From assembly GCA_964016885.1 (NCBI GenBank), contig OZ024740.1, forward strand, positions 41,850,001 to 41,914,000: DNA of 64,000 nucleotides, given 5' to 3'. Position numbers and translations under genes: made by a program. The notes under the pieces were generated by a model. That model was given only the letters and a program-made list of their open reading frames with translations. It ran no database searches and had not been told where the DNA came from. Numbering within the stretch: position 1 is the first letter of the stretch; every line of letters starts with the position of its first letter. This stretch comes from Eledone cirrhosa (Eukaryota). This document shows, piece after piece, positions 12,930 through 26,278 of this stretch.

Positions 12930-13511
12930 TGAACGTAAAGGTTTTCATCCGCCGTGAAGATTCTCTTGAGGTTATAGGAAAAGTGATTCACTGGCATCTA
13001 TGCAAACTAAATAGTTTATCACATTCTGGGAAGTGGTATGAGCATAGGCCAGAGTCGGTGATGGTAAAGATCGAGTGAAGGTGCTATGGAATTTCAGACA
13101 GACAAGAAATTAAAACACAATAGGCTCGACCTGGTGGTTTTTGACAAGGAAAAAAGATTGTGCCTGATTGTAGATGTAGCCTGCACCTTTGACACAAGAA
13201 TGTAAGAAAAGGAGGAGAAAATTAAACGGTACCAGGGTTTAAAGTGGGAATTAAAAAGGATTTGGGACTGACATGAGATCAAGGTCGTCACGATTGTCAT
13301 AGGAGCACTAGGTACTATCTCAAAGAGTTTTCAAGGATGGTTAAAGAAGATTAGTTCAGTCCCCTTTTTTTGGAACACTTCAAAAAGCATGCTTGGTGGG
13401 AACAGCAAGAACCCTCCGATACGTCCTGAATATCTGAGGCTGCAGGTAGCGGCTTGATATTCATTTGAACAAACTTTCCAGTTAAATAACACCAATGACA
13501 GAATCCAAGAA

Positions 13512-13563
<52 letters not shown>
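12930..13563 (+). mobile_element. R4/Dong family A 3' fragment with (AAT)n tail
   Basis: Homologous to 1126-1570 (IHWHLCK..KWYEH.PESV, IVDVAC). Ends in an (AAT)~17 tract at 13511-13563. Confidence 0.9.
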
Positions 13564-14532
13564 TTCGCGCCCGTAAGTTTTTGATTTTTAACATATTTAA
13601 ATCAATTGTGAAATAACAATTCTTAGTACAAATGATGCATAAACCACCGAATCAAGTCTCATAAAATTTCGGATCCATAATATATTGTTATATCGCTCAA
13701 ATATTCAATTATGTATTATATATTTTATATTCAAAAAAGAAAATGGTTATAAATGGAAGAAAACCCCTCCTTCTACACTATATAGAACAGCCAAATAACA
13801 GCAATTTCACCAACACCAGAAACTTGATACACCACCTACCCCATCACCCCGCTGTGTACACTAAATATAACAGCCAGATAACGGCAATTTCACCACCACC
13901 ACCACCAATCCCAGCATCATAATAATAGTTACTATTATTATTGTCTCAAGTTTTAACAAAATGTTTAATTCCAATATTACGGGAATATGTCAACACATAT
14001 ATTAAACATACGCGACACAAACGCATAGATACTACATATATAAAAAAAACTAGTCCATTCAACAAAACTCAGCAACGACAACGCCACCGCCGCCACCACT
14101 CCATCCATCATTGCTACCAATATCCCATCACCGCCGCCACAACTCCTTCATTGCTACCACCGCTATTCCCCTGTTAACTTAAGGAAGGGGAAGGTGGCGG
14201 TATCACTAGACAAGGGAGAGGCTAGCAAAAGATATAAATAGATTGACTTAGTGACCTGGCCACCGGCCAAACGTCAACAACTATGGCACTGCTGGCTCCC
14301 CCCTTCCTCACCAACAATATAAAAAGCCCCAGCACCACCACCGACATAGCCAACAACAATAACAGGCAACTTCAGCAAAAAGTATATTATATTATTGTAA
14401 TGCACTGGGTAATTGCTGGCCTTGTGCCTGGAGTGGAGACAATTATTAATAATTTCATTCTTAAGCCACGCAATACTCACATTAAGGAACCACTCATGAT
14501 AATAACAATTTAAAAAAACAACAAAAAAGAAA

Positions 14533-17500
14533 ACCCCGTGACCAAGAAATACCGGGATGGCGACCGGCGGGGAATAGCCGTGTCTCTAGGGGAGAACGAC
14601 CCCTCTAGTCTTGGTTGACACTCGTTCTAGAAGTGGTAACACGAAATGATTACCCCTTGGCGGATAAGGATAAAACGCGACAAAATAAAGTAAATGTGTA
14701 ATGATAAAATCTCATACCGGATCGGCCGTCACCCGGGTAAAAAAGGGCCGCGTCCCTTAGAGAGGAACCAGACTGGGGTCGAAAAATCAGGTAATGGTTC
14801 AAACCTTCCCATCACTTCGGAGCTGGAGACCTCCCATAACCGGAATACTCCTACTGTTGGCCCTCCATGCTCACCACCAAGAAATCCAAAGAAAAAGAGA
14901 GAAAAATGGTCAAGGGAAGATAATAAAGAAGTCCTTGAGGCTTTCTACACTGCCATGTACTACCCATCAAATACATCGAATACAGAACAGACATATATCA
15001 ACTTGTAAAAGAAACATCCCGAAAACAGAGGCTATATTGACAGTAACAAACTAGCCAATATACGAAGAAATATTGTAAAAAAAAAGTTACTAACTGATAT
15101 AGAAATTGATCAGATCAAGCTATTAGCACAAAGTCAGCGAAGGGAAAATGAAACATGTGTCAGTGAAAACGAGGTAAATTGTAACACTTCCAATCCCAGG
15201 GTTGGGGCGGAATCACTGGCAACAGAACAAATTAAAGAAAGGATCGAAAAAGTGGAGGGAGTGCATGCTCAAGATGAAACTCCAAATGAAAATAATGAGA
15301 TCGTAAATGATAAAGAAATGAATGAGAATGAACTTGCCAACTTGAAGGATGAAATTATGATCGAATGGATGAAAATGAAAGAATCTGACATGGGGCAACG
15401 AGACACCCTCCCTAAGATCCAGAACTCCAAACAGAACCAAAAGATAATACACAAGACTAACATAATTCTCAAAAACATTATCATCACAAACAAACTAAAC
15501 ATTACTGATTTAAATCATCTCTATTATGCATCGGCTAAAGTCACCACTCACTTATGTGGAGTGAAGATGAAAAAACAAAGGAATTCCCACAAGAAATCGA
15601 TTTGGCAAGAGAACATCAATCGCCAAATAAACCTTCTCCGATCTGACATAGAAATTTTAACAAACTATAAAGTAGGTGAACATGTTAAACAAACTAAACT
15701 TAGAAAATTGAAAAGAAAGTACAGTATAAGATCAACATGTGACATAGACATGCTGATAGAAATAATCAAGCAAAAAGAGTCGGCCAAAGCTGCTCGTATA
15801 AGGCACTTTGAAAAACGATCTAGATTCTATAAGGACAATAATATGTTCAAAAACAACCAAAGAAACTTCTACAGAAAAATTGGTAAGTCAACAATAACTG
15901 CTAAATCAATACCACCCAAGGGGGAAGAGCAAGAATTCTGGGAAAAGATCTGGGCCGAAGAAAAAGTTCATAACATACATGCCCCATGGATAGACAGACA
16001 AATGAAAGATACAGCTCATCTTGAGGAACAAATATGGGAAAATATAACAGTTGAACAGTTGCGTTTGGCTCTAAGAAAAACCAGCAAATGGAAAAGACAA
16101 AATAGAAAATTTTTGGATAAATGCCTTCACAGTCTCATGAGCTGTTAGCCCAACTTTACAATGAAATAGTTAATGAGTCAGAAAAGATACCATCATGGCT
16201 AGTTAACGGCATTATATTCCTGCTTCCGAAGAATGATGAGACAAACAATCCCAAAAATTACAGACCGATAACTTGCTTGACCACAATGTATAAAATTTTA
16301 ACATAAGTCCTAACTGAATACACATATGACCACCTGATAACAAATGACCTATTTCCCAATGAGCAGAAAGGGTGTAAACGAGGCTCATATGGCTGTAAGG
16401 ATCAGCTCTTGGTTAACAAAATGATACTGGAAGATTGTCATTATAGACACAAAAATCTATCAATTGCTTGGATAGATTATAAAAAAGCATTCGATAGTTT
16501 GCCACGCAGTTGTATTGAAAAATGTTTAGAGATTTTCAAAATATCCCCCGTTGTCAGGAGGTTTTGTCATTCAGTATGAAGACATGGAAAACGACACTCC
16601 TTTTGAATAGTGAAACAAAATCACTGGAAGCTGGAGAAGTTAATATTAATTGTGGAATTTTTCAGGGTGACTCTTTATCACCGCTTTTATTCTGCATCGC
16701 ACTTATACCATTAAGTAAAATGCTCAATGAAACAAAACATGGATATAAAGTCTATGACAAAACCATTAATCACTTGTTCTACATGGATGACCTGAAACTA
16801 TTTGCAAAAAATAATGAACAATTGCAAGGGCTATTATCCACTGTGGAGCAGTTCAGTGATGAGATTAAAATGGAGTTTGGACTAGATAAATGCGCCAAAG
16901 CAACGTTCACCAGAGGAAAGCTGCTGAAGAGTTCAGACATTAATCTTGATCGGGGGAACGTGATAAGAGACCTTGATCAAGAAAAAACTTACAAATATCT
17001 AGGTGTTTGTGAAGGAGACGGAATCAAGCACTCGACAATGAGGGAAAGGATAAGGAAGGAATGTTACCGCAGAGTAAGAGCAATCTTAAGAACGGAATTG
17101 AATGCAAGGAATAGGATCGATGCCATAAACACGCTTGCCATACCAGTAGTAACCTACAGTTACAATGTCATCAACTGGTCAAGCACAGAGATCCGTAGGC
17201 TCGATACAAAAATTCGAAAATTCTTAACCATGCACAGAATGCATCACCCTAAGGCAGATACAGATAGAATATATCTCCCTAGGAAAGAAGGAGGACGTGG
17301 GTTAATCCAGTTAGACATTGCGTTGAAAACTGCAACAATTGGATTATCTACATATCTAAGGGAATCACATAATTGGATGATCAAACTCGATTTGAAACAC
17401 GAAAGCATCAAAAGATCATATTCCATTACAAAAGATGCACAAAGATACAGTAATGGACTACAAATTTCAGAAGTCCCATTTACTGCTGAAATGGAAAACA

Positions 17501-18487
17501 CAGAAAAAGCAAAGCAGGTAAAAGTAACTGCAAAGAAAGAACTGCTACAGAAACTCGCTAAGAAATGGCAAGAAAAGCCTCTGTATGGAAAATACCCAGA
17601 ACGAGCTAACAATCCTGATGTTGACAAAACTTAACCCATCAGTGGTTGGCATCCTCTGGACTGAAATCGGAGACTGAAGGACTGATTATATCAGCACAAG
17701 ATCAGTGTCTGCTAACAAAAAATTACCAAGCCAACATAATAAAAAATGGATGCAGCCCATTATGCCGTGTATGCAAAAAACAACCAGAGACCATTGACCA
17801 TATAATTTCAATGTGCAGTCCTATAGCTCCAACCGAATACCTAAACAGGCATGACAGATCTGCACAATACATACATTGGATAATGTGTAAGCATTTTGAC
17901 CTGCCCCATCAAAAGAATTGGTGGGAGCATCAACCACCTCCCATACTTGAAAAAGATCACATCTCAATCTTGTGGAACTTTAGCATCCAAACAGACCGAA
18001 AAATAGATGCAAATAGACCTGATATAATATTGAAGGACTTTAAAAAGAGGGTATGCCTGCTAATTGATATGTCCGTTCCAATAGACAAGAATGTATCTAT
18101 AAAAACATTTGAAACATTGAGCAAGTACAAGGACCTGGAGATAGAAATTGGAAAAATGTGGAAATTGAGAACTAAAACAATACCAGTGGTTGTAGGCGCT
18201 CTGGGAATGATACCTAGGGGGTCTAATGATTACTTATCGCAAATCCCAGGAAACCCGCGTATAGGTGAAATACAAAAGATAGTACTAATGGGAACTGCCC
18301 ATATACTAAGGAAGATTCTGTCAATATAAGGACATCACAAGTCTAAACACTAAAGATGCATGTGTGAGTATGTATGTTCTTTCTTGAACATGGCGGACCT
18401 TGTTGTCTCTTGATGTCACTGGTTGTGACTTGGTGATAACTCGTATGAACATAAAGCAAGATAAATGCAACAATAATAATGATAATT
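14533..18487 (+). mobile_element. Dong/R4 family B, apparently full-length, with several stops and frameshifts
   Basis: GC-rich 5' UTR. ORF from 14694 (KWSREDNKEVLEAFY). RT motifs NYRPITCL, QGDSLSP, FYMDD. CRVC..ETIDHIISMC, RHD, RPD, ending at 18329. 3' UTR then (AAT)-like tail. Confidence 0.93.
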
Positions 18488-18489
18488 GT

Positions 18490-19250
18490 AGTATTTTTCA
18501 AGTTCATTCGTTCTCTCCCCTGATATTTTGCATTGCACTTACACCGTTTTCTTTAGCAAAACAAAATATGGCTACAAAATAGACAGCAAAACCACAAATC
18601 AACTGTTTTATATAGATGATTTGAAGCTGTGTGCCAAAAATGACAACGAATTGGAAGAACTGCTGAAGGTAGTCAAGGTGTTCAGCGATGATGTGGGGAT
18701 GGAGTTTGGACTGGAAAAATGCGCCAAAGCAACATTCAAGAAAAGGCAGAATGACAAGCATAAACTCAATGGAAATAGATGTGAATACAGGTATTAGAAC
18801 AGGTACAAGTCTACAGATATATAGGCCAATGTATTCTCCACGCCAGCATAAAGGAATGCTACCGGAGAGTACTTGCTGTCATGAAAAAGGAGCTTAACTC
18901 GAGAAATAAATTATCTGCCATAAATGCGCTTGCAATCCCAGTTGTCACCAACAGCTTCAATATAATAAATTGGAACGTTAACGAAGTTAGGAGAATGGAC
19001 ACCAACCAATATCAGAAAAATTTTGAACTGAAATAAAATACATCATCCAAAAGCAGATGTGAATCACCTATCTCCTTATACAAAATAGAGGTAGAAGAAC
19101 AATCCAGTTAGAGCTTTCATTCAGGGTATCGACCATTTGACCCAATCAGTACCTTAAAACCACAGATGACTGGATGATGAAAATAGTCGCAGTTCATGAA
19201 AGGAAGAGGTTACATTCAGTCACAAAGGATATCATTCGTTTCCGTCAGGG
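18490..19250 (+). mobile_element. Old R4-clade RT fragment
   Basis: SPLIFCIAL, LFYIDDLKL, FGLEKCAK and HHPKAD-like remnants. Confidence 0.8.
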
Positions 19251-19479
19251 ATCAGGCAGTGATGAAAAAAACTACAATAATTTTCTGTGCGTAACAGACT
19301 CTTGGGGGCCGTTCCAAAGTTCATCATCCCCTAACCCTCCGAAAATAAAAAAAATAACAACTCAAAATGGCCTTTCTCAAAAATTCTCAATTTTTGACAA
19401 GGAAGCGGAAGAAAATTAAATGTCAACGTGGCTAGTAGCAACAACAACAGACTTATAAAACTTGAAATTATAAAATTTG

Positions 19480-19510
19480 TGAAATTATAAAACCAGAAGA
19501 ACATACATAC
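19480..19510 (+). mobile_element. 3' terminus of R4 family D with a (CATA) tail
   Basis: GTGAAATTATAAAACCAGAAGAACATACATAC is the reverse complement of the family D end at 53422 and 27398. Confidence 0.75.
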
Positions 19511-20118
19511 ATGGTGGCTGTCAACTCGTTTTCGAATACGGCCACTACTTTATATCCATGTAGGAGAACCCCTAACGATGCGCTGAACGAGTGTGACTTT
19601 TTAGTCCAGCCAGCGACTTGAAAACTCTGGTACAAACACTACACCTGTAACAATTATTGACACATAGTGCTGGGCCCATGGTACCATGTGATGACAAGTG
19701 CAGAGAGATCTCCAGATATAAAGCAATGCCTGTGCCGTGAAGCTTTTATAGTGAGCAAAGGCACTGCACAAAGCCAGTCCCACTCTCTTAACCAAGATGA
19801 TATTTACCAAAAAGAAGAACAAGTCAATATCATTGGATACCATCAGGGTTGCAGGTATTATATCAGAGTTTTCCTTCTCTTAGAATTCTGCCTTGACAAA
19901 GGCTAAGGGGTCATCTCTCCCGGTGATTTTGGATGGCCATTGACTCTTAAGAGCTTCTTTGCCCTTTGACAGGTTTTGTTTTTAGTCCTGCAGGATGTCC
20001 AAAGTCTCCCTCCTCACCAAGAAACCTTGGTGGGGTTGCCAGTTTAGTCGCCAACGACCCGACCATGAGACAGGTTGTACTGGGATACATGTTACCAGTA
20101 GCACCAACTGGTGACCTG

Positions 20119-20120
<2 letters not shown>
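19511..20120 (-). mobile_element. ~610-bp non-autonomous bipartite RTE derivative, full-length
   Basis: 5' part carries RTE-UTR-like motifs (AACTGGCAACCCCACC; CTAGGAGAAGGAAAACTCTGA). 3' part encodes a C2H2-like remnant [16 protein letters not shown]. (TATG)n on both flanks. Confidence 0.8.
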
Positions 20121-20151
<31 letters not shown>

Positions 20152-20689
20152 CAAAATTAAACGTAATACCCCACTTCAACCCCGTTGTTATGGCTACAAA
20201 GTTTAACTTAGCCGAAACAAAATACAAAAAACAGCAACAACACTAGCAGCCCAAGTGACTTCAAAAAGTAGATATCAATCTATTTATAGACTAGTGTTGC
20301 TGACCTTGACAAAAACGAAACAAAAAAGAACGATCACCACAGGCATAAAACAATTACAATGACATCTATGCCACCACCACCACCACCACCGCCCCTCACC
20401 ACCATTACCACAGAAGCATTTGAAAAAGTAACAATTAAAAAAAACTGATAATAATGATTTCATCATTAACCACACAGGGTTCACATTAAGAAAACATTAA
20501 AGACGACACAAAAATCCTTAATGGTAATAATGACAATACGCGTCATAGAAACTGTCCCAAATCCAGTGATAATGTCACGTTAAAAACACTGGCGTTAGTG
20601 GTACCTTAAATTCAATAATCCTCTTTATGTCGAACCTAAATAGTTCAAATAACTGAAAAAGAGGCTGGAACATCACGTGAAGGACTCTC

Positions 20690-22420
20690 ACCCGGAAAGT
20701 ACTCCCTGGTTCAGCAGCAGAGATCTGGCTGTCATCCAAATACTGCTGGTTTTGGAGGAAGAAAGAGGAACGAGGCAAGAACTAACTGGACGAATGAATT
20801 GAATAAAACTGCGATGAAATGATATCTGAAAAGTGATCTTACTAGAAAGGATATAGGAAATGAATACATAAAATCTGGAACGATATTAGTCTATTTAAAT
20901 TAGGTGAACAAAATCTAAAGGGTCATGCTCGAGTAATATAAACTAATAGATGGAATTGGAGGAACTGAGTAGGGAGATTAAACTGGAAATGGAAAGTCGA
21001 GTAGATGAGGCAAATGAACCTGTGTGAAGCGGAGTAAATCAGGCAAACAAGTCAGTAGAAAATGAGAGCGAAGTGGTTTGGAGACGAAGACAGTGGTTGA
21101 GATAAATAACATCTTGAGTAAATATACGGCCATTGAGAAAATGAACGCTGACCGGCTAGAGTAAGATTTTGTTGATATTCTGAATATAACGGTGGGTGAA
21201 ATGAATAAGGATAGTGGAAAAAGTTAGAAGAAACGACAAATAAGGTAAACAGAGTCGTCTTGAGGCGAAGAATCTGCAACAATTTAATAACATTCTCAAA
21301 GAAGCCACAAATGTGGTGAAAAACTCGCTTGGTATCAAAACGAGGGAAAACAGACGAGAAAGAAAAGAACCTTGATGGAAGAAATGGTTGAATGTTCAAA
21401 TCAAGGAAATAAGAAAGGACATCGGGAAAGCTGAGTCTGTATTAAACGGGACATTACAAAGAATAGACACTAAGGATAGATTGACAAGGAAATACAACAC
21501 AAAGGAAAAAGGCTTGAATGTTATAATAGAGGAACCAAAGCAACGTGTCAGCCAAAAGTGCAAAAATTAAACGATATGAGAGCAGAGTTAGCCAGTACAG
21601 AGAAAACCACATGTTCGACAACAAACAGAAGAGATTATTTGAACAGGTAGGAGTGAAACAAAGAGACAGTGATGCTGTTCCTGAGACTGAATGGACCAAC
21701 ATATTTTGGAGAGGGATATGGGAGCAAGATGTTGAGCATAATAGTCGGGCTGAGTGGACTGAGACTGTTAAAAAGGAGATTAATGAACAAACCCACCTAC
21801 AACCTAACTTGAATATCTCGGTTGAAACCCTTAAAAAGCAGGCCAATACATTAACCAACTGGAAATCACCAAGCCCAGATGGTGTGCAAGGATATTGGAC
21901 TAAAAATATAACGTCTCTCCACCCGATACTGACGGCCATGTTCAATGACTGCTTGTTGTCGGTTGAAGTATCACAGAGTTTTACAAAAGGTAAAGGTACC
22001 ATGGTTCTAACAATGAAAGACCAAACCAAGGGAAATGACATTACCAAATATAGGCCTACCACATGTCTGTCCTTGATGTGGAAATTGCTAACAAGCATTA
22101 TGTCCGAGGAAATCTACCAACACCTACTGACAAGGTGATAATAAGGAACTGCAAGAGGGGGCAGACAGGTCTTGTCATGGGATAGATATGTTACAAAAAG
22201 GCATTCCACGTGGTTCCTCATTCTTGGATAACCAAGACATCATCAGACTGGCAGACAACACCAGACAACTATTAAGTAATAGCATGAAAACCTGGAAGAC
22301 AGAGCTAACATTAGGAGGAGTATCCTTGGTAGGAGTGAAAATCAAGGGAGGTCTCTTCCAAGGAGATAGTCTCTCCCATTTATTGTTTGTCCTTACTTTC
22401 ATACCCACGTATTTTCAACA
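20690..22420 (+). mobile_element. R4/Dong family A, decayed 5'/central part
   Basis: WTNELNK N-terminal motif. ORF 21545-22138 (FWRGIWEQ, NWKSP.PDGV, YRPTTCL) and QGDSLS at ~22360, homologous to 2619-3352. Confidence 0.85.
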
Positions 22421-22500
22421 ATGATATATGTATGGGATTTGGTGTTAATAAGTGTTGAGTTCTAATGATGAGTTCTAGTAAGAGGGAAATTGAAGATAAG

Positions 22501-23021
22501 CTGACGGCTAGCGCTGTCTACTGGATTTCAGCAGAACTAGCGAGGGGCAACTGCTAATACATTTCTGGCTCGGGCCGTCATCAGGACGGTGCTTCCCTTG
22601 CTCTCTACTATGTAGACGGGCTGATTAACCTTATTTGCATATGGAACTCACAAGCTGGCTCAGCTTGAAAGTAGAATTAAAGTTTTCGCTCTGATACAGC
22701 TGTATAAATATAAGTATGTGAATTTCGTATACCTAATGTTTACGAATAAACATTTGGAAAGCCTTCTTGCCATCAATATTGAAAAGCTCCACATGCAAAT
22801 GAAGCTAATCAGCCCATCTACATAGGTTCAAATTCAAACAGAGAGCAGGGGAAGCACTGTCCCGAGGACAGTTAGATCCAGAAACGGGTTGGCAGTTATC
22901 CCCCAGTACTTTTACTGGAATCCGCTAGACAGCACTAGCCGTCGATATTCGTAGCAAGAACACTTTCATAATGTCTATTCGTAAACATTCCGTATATCAT
23001 TAGACATACGAAATTCACATA

Positions 23022-23025
<4 letters not shown>
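22501..23025. mobile_element. Diverged Penelope-like pLTR fragments in inverted arrangement, with a hammerhead core
   Basis: 22503-22650 is inverted relative to 22785-22945, and 22708-22780 relative to 22943-23025. The minus strand at ~22561-22582 reads CTGATGA-CGGC-CCGA-GCCA-GAAA. Abuts (TA)n. Confidence 0.6.
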
Positions 23026-23095
<70 letters not shown>

Positions 23096-23108
23096 TATAT
23101 ATATATAC

Positions 23109-23153
<45 letters not shown>

Positions 23154-23154
23154 C

Positions 23155-23229
<75 letters not shown>

Positions 23230-23233
23230 CATA

Positions 23234-23263
<30 letters not shown>
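23025..23263. repeat. (TA)n-rich microsatellite
   Basis: Directly visible. Confidence 0.97.
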
Positions 23264-23265
<2 letters not shown>

Positions 23266-23357
23266 ACGAAGGAATTGTGGTAAGGAACCAGATGGACCAT
23301 AACGCACCAAAGTACTCAATACTTAAGGTAGTAGAATGGGTAATAGGAACAAGTATG

Positions 23358-23453
23358 ACCCCGACGGCAGAGCTCAAGCCGTTTCAACGACTATAACTGG
23401 TCTAAATAAGAATTTTTAGCCTGGTAAATAAATAGCCGAAATTCTCAGGGGGT
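23358..23453 (-). ncRNA. Hammerhead ribozyme-like motif (left-arm copy)
   Basis: Reverse-complement copy of 24672-24767 with a weaker stem II base. Confidence 0.55.
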
Positions 23454-24671
23454 ATTTCCTTATATGGGAAGATAGTAATTGTCAAGAGGATTGGTCAAAA
23501 ATTTGTTGTAAAGACAGATAAATCTATCATGGCATTTGGTGGCTGAACTTGCCGGTAGAACAAAGAGGGAGTGGGGGAAACTCAGTCAAGCGTTGAAAGT
23601 GAAATCTAAACAGCAGATTCTAAGGATAGTGTATAAAAGGTCGAAAAAAGTGTACTGGAGAAGAGGAGGAGGGGGGGGAGGTGTGAAAGAATAGGTAAAT
23701 CGAAAGGGAGTAAAAAAAAAAACCCATTATAAAAATAAGGAAATAAATATATAAAAACAATTTCTGCTTACTACTCCATTTCTACAATCACCAAATTTCT
23801 CATTGGTATTGCTAAGCTATAGATAAGTTTAATAGGTGGAGAATGGGAAAAATATTAAATACGAGATTGTAGTGAAAGAATTTTATAAAGCGGACTTTAC
23901 AGGGGGTCTAACACCGATGCTATAGATAGTTAGTAATCAGCCAATACTATCTTACAATGACAGGTTAATAAGTTGAGAACGAAAATACTAAAATACTACT
24001 ACAAAAATACTAATACAAAAAATTAATACAAAAATACTAATACAAAAATACCACTAAGAAATTTAGAGACCATAGAAATGGAGCAGCAACAAGAAAGAAA
24101 ACAATTTACTGGGGTAACACATCTGCTATAAAAAGCGTTATCGGCCAATTCTATCTTGAAATTAGGGGGAGGGGTACTGAGGCTACAGAGGACCGATGGG
24201 CTGCATCGGGGTAGGCGAAAGGTGAAGAAAAGACGAGGAAGGAGATCTGGGGTGGAAGGACTAGGAAGAGATGGGGGAAGAAGGAAACATATAGGAAAAC
24301 TTTTCTATAGCTTAGCAATACCAATGAGAAATTTGGTGATTGTAGAAATGGAGTAGTAACCAGAAATTGTTTTTATATATTTATTTCCTTATTTTTATAA
24401 TGTTTTTTTTTTACTCCCTTTCGATTTACCTATTCTTTCACCCTTTCCTCTTCTCCAGTACACTTTTTCGACCTTTTATACACTATCCTTAGAATCTCCT
24501 GTATAGATTTCACTTTCAACGCTTGACTGGGTTTCCCCCACTCCCTCTTTGTTCTACCGGCAAGTTCAGCCACCCCTACCTCCCACCAAATGCCATGATA
24601 GATTTATCTGTCTTTACAACAAATGTTTGACCAATCCTCTTGACAATTACTATCTTCCCATATAAGGAAAT

Positions 24672-24767
24672 ACCCCCTGAGAAGTTCGGCTATTTATTTA
24701 CCAGGCTAAAAATTCTTATTTAGTCCAGTTATAGTCGGCGAAACGGCTTGAGCTCTGCCGTCGGGGT
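24672..24767 (+). ncRNA. Type I hammerhead ribozyme-like motif with extended stem II and variant core
   Basis: Stem I ACCCC/GGGGT; core CTGAGAA (G8->A); stem II GTTCGGCTAT/ATAGTCGGC; GAAA; stem III ACGGC/GCCGT; cleavage triplet GTC at 24760-24762. Confidence 0.65.
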
Positions 24768-24785
24768 CATACTTTTCCAATTACA

Positions 24786-24847
<62 letters not shown>

Positions 24848-24850
<3 letters not shown>

Positions 24851-24898
24851 GGATATAAAGTAGTGGCCGTACTAGAAAACGAGTTGGCAGCCACCATA
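24848..24898 (+). mobile_element. 3' 50-bp piece of the non-autonomous RTE derivative (inverted duplicate)
   Basis: Reverse complement of 25045-25095. Confidence 0.85.
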
Positions 24899-24936
24899 TG
24901 TGTATGTATATATATGTATATATATGTATATGCATA

Positions 24937-25006
<70 letters not shown>

Positions 25007-25044
25007 TATGCATATATATATATATACATATATATACATACACA

Positions 25045-25653
25045 TATGGTGGCTGCCAACTCGTTTTCGAGTACGGCCACTACTTTATATCCATGTAGGA
25101 GAACTCCTACCGATGCGCTGAACGAATGTGACTTTAGTCCAGCCAGCGACTTGAAAACTCTGGTACAAACCCTACACCTGTGACAATTATTGACACATAG
25201 TGCTAGGCCCATGGTACCATATGACGACAAGTGCAGAGAGATCTCCAGATATAAAGCCATGCCTGTGCCGCGAAGCTTTTATAGTGAGCAAAGGCACTGC
25301 ACAAAGCCAGTCCCACTCTCTTAACCAAGATGATATTTACCAAAAAGAAGAACAAGTCAACATCATTGGATACCATCAGAGTTGCAGGTGTTATATCAGA
25401 GTTTTCCTTCTTCTAGAATTCTGCCTTGACAAAAGCTAAGGGGTCATCTCTCCCAGTGATTTTGGATGGCCATTGACTCTTAAGAGCTCCTTTGCCCTTT
25501 GACAGGTTTTGTTTTTAGTCCCGCAGGATGTCCAAAGTCACCCTCCTCACCAAGAAACCTTGGTGGGGTTGCCAGTTTAGTCGCCAACGACCCGACCATG
25601 AGACAGGTTGTACTGGGATACATGTTACCAGTAGCACCAACTGGTGACTTGAC
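25045..25653 (-). mobile_element. Non-autonomous RTE derivative, full-length
   Basis: Near-identical to 19511-20120. Confidence 0.85.
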
Positions 25654-25834
25654 ATACATATATATATATACATATATATACATACATATATATATATACA
25701 TATACATATATACATATATATATATTTACATATACGTATACATATTTACATGTATATATATATATATTTATTAAAATAACAGATTAAAGTTCAAGCAAAT
25801 AATCGCTGCTTTCACCCTTAACGGGATCTTCTGA

Positions 25835-25889
<55 letters not shown>

Positions 25890-26069
25890 TATATGTGTAT
25901 GTCTGGGTGTGCATGGGAAAATCGAGACAGGTTAGAACGCAAATAGAATCTAAAAATATCCAAAAAGATTAGCCTATCAGCACGTACTCGAGCTTCGACA
26001 AATTCTTAATTTATACGACAGACAAAAGAAGACTGAATCAAATAAATAACTAAATAAAAAAATTTACAA

Positions 26070-26194
26070 GTATGTATGTATGTATGTATGTATGTATGTA
26101 TGTATGTATGTATGTATGTATGTATGTATGTATGTATGTATGTATGTATGTATGTATGTATGTATGTATGTATGTATGTATGTATGTATGTATG

Positions 26195-26226
<32 letters not shown>

Positions 26227-26278
26227 CATGCATGTATGTATGTATGTATGTATGTATGTATGTATGTATGTATGTATG
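26070..26278. repeat. (TATG)n microsatellite, tail of R4 family C
   Basis: Directly visible, about 52 units. Confidence 0.97.

Larger units (their letters stand above)
23263..24780. mobile_element. Penelope-like element with ~480-bp inverted pLTR arms, a ~470-bp spacer and a one-sided tail
   Basis: 23350-23830 is the reverse complement of 24297-24774. An extra ~90-nt tail lies on the left only. Each arm contains a hammerhead fold. (TA)n on both flanks. Confidence 0.75.

Noticed and set aside
19667-19906. 79-aa ORF 'MLGPWYH...' recurring in five places
   Set aside because: It is antisense to the non-autonomous RTE derivative and starts at GTG. Its recurrence reflects young, near-identical copies rather than coding constraint.
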